DNA from: Paraspadella gotoi
Taxonomy: Eukaryota > Animalia > Chaetognatha
Assembly: GCA_051294375.1 (NCBI GenBank)
Contig: CM119267.1
Coordinates: 11,853,553 to 11,917,552, forward strand
Reading direction: 5' to 3'
DNA: 64,000 bases
The translations under genes were made by a program, and so were the position numbers. Numbering within the stretch: the stretch's first letter is position 1; each line of letters opens with the position of its first letter. Under the pieces are notes generated by a model. The model had not been told where the DNA came from, did no database searches, and saw only the letters and a list, made by a program, of their open reading frames with translations. Below, piece by piece: positions 49,401 through 58,919 of the stretch.

Positions 49401-51038
49401 TCTAGCCCGGTGGTCGTCTGGCAGTTAAGAGGGACGGAGCGCTTAACCCGCCTGTAACATGGTGTTACAGCCTGATCCGAAGCTCAGGGACTGCTTATAT
49501 TGAACGGTTCTGTCATTAACATATATCAATAATCACTGTCTCTTCAATATGAATATTAAGGCGTAGTAAAATTTCTAAATTTAACTCTTAAAATTTTAAA
49601 AGTGAGGAACGAACAACATTATACTAATGAACATTTATGTAATAAAAAAATTTATAATAAATTTTACAATTTACGCAGTAGGCCATATTTATACTAGTAC
49701 TAAACCAATAAATGTTAAAATTTCAAAACAGTTTTTTCTAAGATTTTTTTGCAGATTTGGATTCGTCATAAAAAGTTGATAAAAAGAAATATAACTCTTT
49801 TTGAAAAATTCCTTCATTAAGTGGGTCAAAAATTAGAAAAAGCTATATTTTAAGCTGAAAATTAACTTTTTATATATTAAATATAGTTTTTTTTTATTTT
49901 TAACCCACTTAATGAAAGAATTTTTAAAAATGATTTATATTTTCTTTTATTAACTTTTGACGAGGAATTCAAATCTGCAATCAAAATTAAGAAAAGCCTA
50001 TTTTGAAAATTTTCGATTTTATAAATATAGCCTACTGCGAAAATTAAAAAACATAAAATGATTTTTTTTTTACAAATTAATATTCACTGATGGTATGTTG
50101 TTCATAATTGACTTTTAGAATTTTCGTATGTAACTTTCACGACGCCTTAATGAATATGTAAGAATTATTGCGCTAAGTAAACTTAAACCAAATCGATAAT
50201 GAGACCCAAATGTCCGAAGCAACGAGACTGTGAAAAGAGAAAAAACGCTAGGTTGACAATGATGACACTCCCCTAAGTCGTTCCGCGTTTTTAGTTTTCT
50301 TACGCTAAATTCAGTGGGATCATATGACATCCCCCGGTTGTCTTCACCAACAAAAGGCGTGTGACGCTGGTATAACGCCTCCATTTGACGCTGTCGTTGC
50401 TGGTCTGAAGAGGGAGACGATAAAAGAGCTATTTTGTTAAGTTTGTTAAGTTGGCGGAGAAAACAAAAGGCCATCGATCAATTTTGTGTCGTTCGTACTT
50501 TGCGTAAATCTAATCGGTTGCCGAAAGTAAGGCCGCGGTTCACTCACCCCTCCGACGAATCATAGCTTCGGTCCTTCGCTTTTCCCATTGAACGGCAGCG
50601 CAGACGCAAAATCCAAAGACGACGATAACTCCGATGGTCGTCCCCAGGATTCGCAACCACCACGTATCGCCTGAAACAAAAGAACAAGAGATTTCTTCAA
50701 ACTAAGTTTCTGTGGGTTTCCACAATTAGGAATATACTTAATATTCCCTAATTTCGCTTTCACAACCCCTTATCTTTATTTCCGACCTAGCCCGCTGACC
50801 TGCATCGTTTAAACTCGGGACTTGAATGCAATCAGGATTTAGGTAGCACTCGCAATTATCCTCATCAGAATCGATCCTGATTCAGACAAAGCTTCATCTT
50901 AGTCGCCCGAATAAGAAGTTATCATTTTCAAGATAGTGTACGTCTATAAGATTTTGTGAGTGATAATTATCTATGAAGATAAAGTGACGATGATGGGATT
51001 AAACTAAGATTAGAGAATCAATTCATAATATTCTTAAA

Positions 51039-51098
<60 letters not shown>

Positions 51099-53117
51099 TG
51101 AATTTAAATATCAAACCTAAATTTTAATATTTAGAATAACAGAAGCATCTATACTCACGTATAATCGTACAATCTGCAATTGTGGACACCGTCGCAGATT
51201 TTGCTGAGCGGCAAACACTTTAACGTGGAAAAGTACAACTTGAAAAAAATTAAGGACAAATAAGAAAATATTTCCCATTCGAATCGCCAGGAAAGGAGCC
51301 GGAGGCCCTCTCACCGTCGCGTTCAACTCGGCGTCCCTCGATCGATTTCCCGGCGTATTGACACCGGACACTTTGTCTTTGACGCCCTTCTCGACTCCGG
51401 TCACGTTAAAGCCGAGGGCATGGCTCGTTACATTGGGGGAGTTCATGACAAACGAAATACAGTCGAATCTCCGAATTTTTCTATTTGTGCAATAAAATGT
51501 GAGATGTCTGCAGAAGTGACGCCACTCGTCCGAACCATCTGGACAATCCATAAATCCGTCGCAAACTGAGAGATAAACGAGCTAATGATTCAAATCATCA
51601 ACTTTATACTGTCTTGCCTGGTGACGTTGCTTCAACTGTCTTACCTTTTCTCCTCACTTTCTACTCACCTTTCTCATTACTGACACAGTCCCTTTCCCAA
51701 AAATCTGTACGGGTGACGCAGTGGAACTCGTTCTTTTCGCCGGTGCAGCTGTCGGCGCGACACCAAACGACGTCGAAACAAAGCGTCGAAAACAAAAAGA
51801 AAAAGGATTTCATGATGACGAAGAAAATCATAATATTTACAATTACGTTACAAATTTGGGGTGGATTTCGACATTTTGACCCAATAATACGGATTCTTTT
51901 CGGTTGAAGTTTTGATTGCTTTTTTTCTGCTTTATCTCTTATTCGAGAGGGTTCCTAGCGCAGATAAGGAGAGTCGTGGCAAAGGGCAAGTTATTTTTTT
52001 AATCCGAACGCTGAATAATAATAATACATGTTGAGAAAAAAAATCAAAATTAAAGATATTGTTTTTATCTACCTGTTTCTTGGTCGATCATTCATTTCAA
52101 AAATTCCTTTCACGCGATTAAAAGTAAGATATATTCATAAGGCTAAAATAAGGAATATCAACGTTTCATTCTTACTCTTGACATAGAGTTGAACAAAAAA
52201 ATTAAAAAGACCAAGAATATTGCTATTTGGTTTTCATTTAAAATTAAATATTCCAAATGTGTCATTTGTTTATTAACTTCAGCATTGAAGCGGTGACGTC
52301 GGAAATTACAAGAATTCAAAAGAGAAGAAAAAGGGAAATCAGAATGAAGCAGAGGCAGAGATTAATACGCCGACTCCGAAGAAATCAGGTCAGATAATTA
52401 GTTTGAATCTCAAGTAACTAATATTAATAAGAACGATACCCGAAGTAATACCCCAAAAGAGAAGCATTGATTTATTCATGTATTAATTAATTTATTTAAT
52501 TTATTCTATTTATTATTCGATTGATAGCCATCCTTCCGCGGCGATTCCATAGTTCGAGACACTTCCTTCGGATCTTTCACCAAAAACGGGCGATTCTCCC
52601 CTCACGGTCCAATCGCCGACAAACCGTGGTTTCTCTACGTTAAGTGAGAATTTTTCAGTCGCCCGGAATTTCTAAAACAATATTATTATTTTTTGAAGTA
52701 TTTATTTTTTGATGACCGACCTTGACACATCCAAATACAAGATTCTCCGAAGAGGCGTCGGGCGGCAACTGCTACGAAAAAGGAAGTAGTTACGTTTTTC
52801 GCGACATCTACCGCCTCATGAATTCGGTGGGTTATGCTTGGATTCACGGCGCTGCTGGCGTCATCTTGTGGGACGCCGGCTGTTTCTATAATTACCCAGA
52901 GCTCCACCCTAGGTAAATTTAGAGCGTTTTATATGTTTTTCTGATTTTCTCAAAACCTATTTCGTTCTATTTAATTTAATTTAATTTAATTTATCTATTC
53001 GACCTGTTTGATTGTTTTTTTAGATATTGTGCCGATCTGCGTCGTTACATCGACTCAACTTTGGGTCCTTTCTGTAAAATGCTTCTCGATTCCAAATGGT
53101 TTAATCCGCACGGTTAA
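46114..53117 (+). CDS. HYAL: Hyaluronidase (glycoside hydrolase family 56), no C-terminal EGF domain
   Basis: Exons 46114-46280, 46467-46677, 47033-47161, 48171-48321, 48514-48619, (51950-51985, GC donor), 52283-52388, 52528-52643, 52742-52912, 53024-53117. Motifs FKIYWNAPSENC, IVIFY..G..PYY, GGIPQLG...HL, GLAILDWEEWRPRW (catalytic D-x-E), LRPKARWGYYHYPDC, GAAGVILW, YIDSTLGP. Confidence 0.95.
46701..46900. repeat. 50-bp minisatellite x4 in hyaluronidase intron 2
   Basis: Unit aatatgagaccagggcttagggattaacgagacgattaggatct(a/t)attat, variants in ABAB order. Confidence 0.97.
48903..51813 (-). CDS. LDLRAD-like type I membrane protein (signal peptide, 2x LDLa, TM, two PPxY motifs) nested antisense in hyaluronidase intron 5
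   Basis: MKSFFFLFSTLCFDVVWCRA; LDLa1 CTGEKNEFHC...DCVSNEK|VCDGFMDCPDGSDEWRHFC; LDLa2 CTNRKIRRFDC-[~55 aa insert]-CLPLSKICDGVHNC...T|IDSDEDNC; TM WWLRILGTTIGVIVVFGFCVCAAV (~50660-50595); last exon ~49200-48903 with APPPYV and PPPPPYD. Splicing into the last exon is uncertain. Confidence 0.85.
49313..49547 (+). mobile_element. tRNA-derived SINE-like repeat, copy 1
   Basis: tRNA-like head with acceptor-like GCGGTCA/TGGTCGT, A-box-like TGGTGCCGGAGG and T-arm CCGGG-GTTCTAG-CCCGG; highly similar second copy at 57570-57804. Confidence 0.7.
49560..50146. mobile_element. Fold-back MITE with TTAA target duplication (Kolobok-like GG...CC termini)
   Basis: TTAA|GGCGTAGTAAAA...TTTCACGACGCC|TTAA; the whole ~590 bp is an imperfect palindrome centred near 49860. 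Confidence 0.8.
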
Positions 53118-53276
53118 TTTAAATAACGTTTATATCATAGGCCTCGTCATTGTCATTAACAATTATATTAATTAAAACAAAGAAAAAATATCGACAACAA
53201 AATTTACATAATCAGTCATCCCAAATAATTATTTAGAAAAAAGTATCTTCCTTTGCATCTTATTTTACGATTTGTA

Positions 53277-53895
53277 TTTTAGTCGAATCTGCTTATCAGC
53301 AGATTCCGACTCTATAATTCACTTTGTCGGTCTGTCGGTCCTACCCCAAAAGCTTGTCGGTGAATCATTTTGTCATATAAGAATATTGAATTATGATAAA
53401 TTAGGCAAAAAAATAATGTCTGTCCGTCCGTCCATCCGCCTGTCTGAGTGTCCGTATCCCCTTAGTGATTGAATGGCTGGATTAAAATGAAATTTTGTGT
53501 GTGGGTAGGAAAGTGTGTGATTGAGCTGGATATAAAGTTATGATGGAATCGTGCAAATGGAAATGGGTTTACATGGAAAAAACATAAGTCACATTTACTA
53601 AAATCTTCTAATCAGTTTTAAAAATGATGCAAGTTAAAAAAATGATGCAAGTAAAAAAAAATGATGCAAGTTTAAAAAATAAAAATAGTTAAAAAAATAT
53701 TTGTTTGTACCTTAGTAACAGTTTAATCACTTGCAAGTGATTTAAATATATTGGCGCAGCCATTGGTTTGGTATAGTATAATCAGTTAGGATTAAATATT
53801 AAAATAATTATTCTGATTTATCATCTGATTAGCTAATTACCTCTTAATTATCATAGGCAGATCCGACATTGTTTGCTCAAACATGTTTGTTTTCA
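53277..53895 (+). mobile_element. Second HINE-like (Helentron-derived) non-autonomous element
   Basis: TTTT-AGTCGAATCTGC-ttatca-GCAGATTCCGACT hairpin, (GTCC/GTCT)n microsatellite, 3' sub-terminal GCAGATCCGAC (~53858) followed by hairpin TGTTTG-CT-CAAACA and a T-rich end. Confidence 0.65.
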
Positions 53896-54521
53896 ATTTT
53901 GTAATTCGCAGATTATTTAGAATTCTGACTGTTACATGACAAAAAAAATTTTTTTTATGTTTTCAAGAATGTTCCGTTAAACTCCGTTAGCGTTTTAATT
54001 AATATACATAAATACATAGATAATTGAGTGTGGTGGTTGAGCTAACGTAGTTTCACAGTAATTTTATATTTCTTCAGAAATAACAGTTTTTTCAAAGTAC
54101 TTCTAACAACAAAACAATTCAACGGTTTTTTAATCTTTTTGTGGCGCAGGACACAAAAAATTAAATCCATTATTGCTGTAGTCAAAACTTCGAAGGTCGT
54201 TGGAGGGAGAAATTCACCAATGTACAACAACTACTACGTTAACTTGTTCTTTACTAACAACGACGAAGGAGCCAACATTCATAACCAAGAAGCAATAACA
54301 AAAAAAATATGGTTTGGTATTGGTAAATACTGAACGGGTGGCTTTTTATAAATAAAATTTCAACAAGCTATCACATTCTTTCTCCATGTTGTTTTTGTTT
54401 CTTAACGCGAGCGCTCGATACAATAAAAATTTTAAACGGCACGGCTTAAAGCCGCATAATAAATCAAAATGACGGATGTGCTCAACGAATCTTCTACCGG
54501 AAGTGGCAGGATCGCCCCGTA

Positions 54522-57500
54522 TCAGTTACTCTGCCATTCGTCGCCGTCCAGCGTCTCCACCGACCCGACGACCTCGTGGTAACTCGGCGGAGGCGTCACA
54601 AAGTCCCGTCGATCGGCGTCGACGATGCCCGCCGCGACGCCGCCCGACGAGCTTCCGCCGCCGGCGCCGCCTCCTCCTCCAAAGCAATCCGACCCCCTGG
54701 CCGCCATGTCGTCCGGTTTTCCGTCGCCGTCTTCAACGACAGGACCGGCCTCCGCTTTGCCGAATACTTCCGGGATGACGCCCTCTCTCGGAGCGCCTTC
54801 TCCCAGGACGCCCTCCCCGCTCGTCGACCCCGTCTGCGTGTAGGTGTGGCAGATGGAGTGATAGGGCGGGGGTGTGGCGTCGTTGTACGGAAGAAGCTCG
54901 AGGGTGTGTCGCAGCGCCACTAGTTCCAGCGACGTTCTCACTTCCGGGAGAGAACCGGAGCCGATCGTGGCGCCGGAGTCGACGGGGACGGCGCCGTGGC
55001 TTTGAGCTCCGCCTCCGACGGCGACGTTGTGACGGACCAAGTTGAGGCGATGGGAGGAGGGGTTGTAGCGAACGGAGGCCGTCGTCCGTACCGTGACGTC
55101 CTCGCTAGAGTTGGGGGATTGGGCTTCCGCTGTTGGCGTCGAGATTTGGGAAAGAAAAGGGATTAACAGACAGCCTAAACTCAACCGGGTGCGATCTCGT
55201 TCAATAATAAGGAACACTATATCTATATCTATATCCTAACTCAAGAAACCTTATTCTAATTACGAATTTTGTTTGAATAACTAAATATTGATAATTGTCT
55301 CTTTTGCCACTACTGTCTGTCATCGTCTTGGTCATAACCTTACTCATTACTCCAGATATAATCAAATTTGTTAATCGAAATTAGGTACACTTCGTTTTTC
55401 GATTAAACGTCAACGGAAACGAAAGCTAATTTTTTGAGAGAATTTTTAACAAAACAAAAAAGGTCCTGTTCCGGATTCGGGGGAGCCCGGTCTGAGGGAA
55501 CGCCTAATGGACCGGGGCTTTCGTTTTTATGATCGTCTTTATGGACGTCGTTAGTTTCGATTTCTACTCCATCGTTCTCTTCGCCATTTTTTTCCACCGT
55601 CTCCGTCGTTTCTCTTTCTCTCTTGGCCAGCAGACGAGAGTAGGTTTTAGAAGGAGGAAACATAGAAAGAGAAGGGAGTTGAGGTCTCTCTCTCCCTCTC
55701 ACCCTTGTTCTTGACTACATAACGTTTTAGTCCTCTAATTTGCCATTTTTATTCCTCAATTTTCTCTTCCAATTTTATCCACTCAACATTACAAAGAAGA
55801 GGAATAAGGTTAAAAACTATCTTCGCTTAGAAATTAGGATTCAGCTATACTTGAACTCAGTGTATGTAAATCTGCTTCCATGACATCTTTCTCCCTTCAC
55901 CTTCAGTCCCCCTCCTCTTGCCGCCACCTCACGTCGACTTACCTGACCCCAACTCACCCATCTTAGCGCTTCCACCTCTTCGAAAATCCTCTTCTCCCCT
56001 TATATCCTTCAATCTCCGAATCAGTCTTGCGATTTCTATTCTCTCCACCTCGAGTCGTCGAGAGCGAAGCGTGACTCGTTTTCGCAATCACATTAGCAAT
56101 CATTTGCTTTCCTTTTATCTTTCTTCCTATGACAACAGCCGGGTTGCCTGTGATGCCCATTGGGATGGGGCATCTCACTGTTGGCTTTGGGGGCTTCCGA
56201 CCCTCAGTGACGCCTCCTGTCACTGGCGCTGTTACCCTAGGAAGGTCTCGCTTAGTCAACGCAGAGGAAGGAGGTTAGGACTGTGGAATGGTGGAATGAT
56301 GCGTTCCCCCTCTGAGCCAATGGGATTGGCTGAATGATGATGGACGTGAGGCTGGGTAAATATACCGCCAAGACATCAGTCAGGTTCTCCAGGCCTGAGA
56401 GGTGTCTTACATGACTGTTACCATAGTGGGAGAGAGAGAGTGCAAGTTGTGGGGGCATAGGCGTTTATCGTAACGTACTCCAGGGGCATAGGCATTTTTC
56501 ATAGTGTACCCGAAGTTGGCAGGGCATAGGCGTTTGTCGCAGCTCACCACTTATGGCAACAGCCGGGTTGCCTGTGATGCCCATTGGGATGAGGCATCTC
56601 ACTGTTGGCTTTGGGGGCTTCCGACCCTCAGTGACGCCTCCTGTCCGTGGCGTGGTTACCCTAGGACGGTCTCGCTTTGCCAAGGCAGAGGGAAGTCATT
56701 AAGACTGGATGGAACGCAATGCCTGGGATGGTGCGTTCCCCCTCTGAGCCAATGGGATTGGCTGAACGATGATGGACGTGAAGCAGTGTGAATAAACCGC
56801 CACATCCCTTTGTTTATTTATTTATTTATTTATATTTTTTTATAATTTCTTACTATTTACTATTTTATATTTAAATTATTTCATTTCTAAAATTTTTAAT
56901 TCCTCTTCCTATTTCACTTGTATTATAACAGAAATTATAAGATCTGGGATTTTTTGTTTGAAGCACAATTTTTCCCCTTAGCCATAAACCCATAAACGCT
57001 TCACTTTACTTTTTTTAAACACCTCCCCCCCGACTGCTTCACCACCTCGCCCCACCCTCTTCCTCTTACCCTCCACGCTCCTGGCGAACTCTTCCACCTT
57101 AGACCGGATGTTGCTGTAGAATAAGGCGAAGAGGCCGACGAAGATTCCGGCCAACCCGATCGAGAGTCCGATGAGGAAGGACGCACCCTCGCAGGCCTGC
57201 TCGTCAGTCGAGTCACCGTCCCCGCAGTTGGGCACGTAGTTGCAGCGCAGCGAAAAGTGTACGCAGTAGCCCGTCGTCATGCAGAGCAGCTGGTCGCACC
57301 TGAGTCGGTTGTAGATGTTAATTGTTATATATCTTATTCCTTTTATTGTAATCCTAAACTTTTACATAATACAATATTGCCTTTGTCAAAGTTATTGTAT
57401 CGAATTTCCCTCTCTCTCTATCTCTCTCTTTCTCTGAAATGAAAAATTTGTGAATTCACAAATCTGTTATTAAGCGCTGATTGTAATTGTAAAAAGTCGA

Positions 57501-57969
57501 AACATGTTGCTTACAAATTTTGTTATTTTTTCTAAATGTCAAAGTAAAATTTAACGATAATACGAAATTTATGGTGGACTAAAATCCACCAACCGTTCAT
57601 CAGCGGCCATTGGTGCCGGAGGCAAGTCATTCGCATCCCAACTCAAAGGTCCGGGGTTCTCGCCCGGTGGTCGCCTAGCAGTTAAGAGGGACGGGGCGCT
57701 TAACCCGCCTGTAGCACGGTGTTACAGCCTGATCCGAAGCTCAGGGGCTGCTTATATTGAATGGTTCTGTCACTAACACATAACAATCATTATTGTCTCT
57801 TCAAATTGCCCGTACCGCTCGGCTCTCGAGACGGCCGTCCATGAGATCCTAAAAGCCTTCAGTCCGGTGGGCCAGTTGCGCTGGACGAGCGTTAAGTTGG
57901 TCGTGGAAGCGGAGACCAGGACTTCGTCGTTTTCGCCGGGGCAACGGGTGGCCACTTCCTCGACATTGC
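54522..57969 (-). CDS. CUB(partial)-LDLa-TM protein with cytoplasmic PPxY motifs (LDLRAD/LRP10-12-like); 5' end not found
   Basis: Exon ~57969-57815 RCPGENDEVLVSASTTNLTLVQ...KAFRISWTA (CUB C-terminal half); exon ~57299-57070 CDQLLCMTTGYCVHFSLRCNYVPNCGDGDSTDEQAC plus TM FLIGLSIGLAGIFVGLFALFY; last exon ~55130-54522 with TPPPYH and TPPPSYH. Phases are consistent. Confidence 0.8.
56127..56803. repeat. Two tandem copies (~56127-56370, ~56551-56803) of a GC-rich ~245-bp interspersed repeat
   Basis: Shared tatg(a/g)caacagccgggttgcctgtgatgcccattgggatg...gcgttccccctctgagccaatgggattggctgaa...accgcca. Confidence 0.9.
57570..57804 (+). mobile_element. tRNA-derived SINE-like repeat, copy 2
   Basis: Same boundaries as copy 1 (tatggtggactaaaatccacc...tgtctcttcaa). 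Confidence 0.7.
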
Positions 57970-58919
57970 CTGAAGTGGGAGGAAAGGAGAAAGGGACAAG
58001 CTTGATTGCATTACCCTAAACTTTTGAAATCGACAAAAAACCGAGTTCCTGAAATTGTCATACAACCCAGCAGGCCAGCATGCTACCCCTTTCCCTACCT
58101 TTCCCGATTACGTTAAAACCTACTCCCTCTCTGCTTGCATGCCAATTCATAAAAACCTTTCCTTACTCGTTTCTCCAAATTGACTCAGGTCAAGAGGCCA
58201 AGCTCATTGAAGGTTTCCCGATGAGAAAAAACCGAGTGAAGGGGTCGAAACGATTTTTTCAAAGATCACGAACCGAGCTCGAGTGTTGTTGTTGCTTCGA
58301 TCTTTCTTGTCCTTACGGTTTACCTTGCTGAGTTGCTATAGTCTATAGTCTATATAGTCTATAGTATAGAGCGAGCGAGCTGCCTAACACTACACATTTA
58401 TAATTTAATTATTATATATATTTTATATTATATATTTTATTATTATAATTTAATTTATAATTTAATTTACTTTAAGTTATAAAGCGAGATGCTGTGTGAG
58501 TACGTTCTCGGAGCTGTATCACTAATAAATCTATACTAAATTACTGCATTTGCCGGATGATTTTTTGTTCCAAGAAAGGAAAGGTGGGGGAGATTCTATG
58601 AGCGGTTTTTTGGAAAAAGGTTTTTCGTTTCAAAGATATTAAGGAATTAATGCCAAAAATTGACTAAAACAACCAAATTTTCTATGAAGGAAGGCGAATT
58701 TTGAAAATATCTTGGAGATATAATTGGAGTCCGTGACCTAAAAGTAATTCATGTCAAATTTCATGAGGAACCGCTTTACCGTTTGGGCTGCTACTAATTT
58801 ATTTATAGTTTGAATTGAGTGATCCCTGACCTTAATAAAAATAAAAAAATCGAAAATTGTCGCTTTGCTTCTGGGAATTTCTCCTAACGTCACAAGAGAA
58901 TATAATCAATCGAGCAATT

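Noticed and set aside
49344-49418. Functional tRNA-Gly gene
   Set aside because: Anticodon stem does not pair well, the T-loop is non-canonical, and it is embedded in a longer repeat; treated as a SINE head.
55403-55702. 99-aa charged ORF inside the CUB-LDLa gene intron
   Set aside because: Flanking exons already join in phase 1 without it and no clear splice sites were found.
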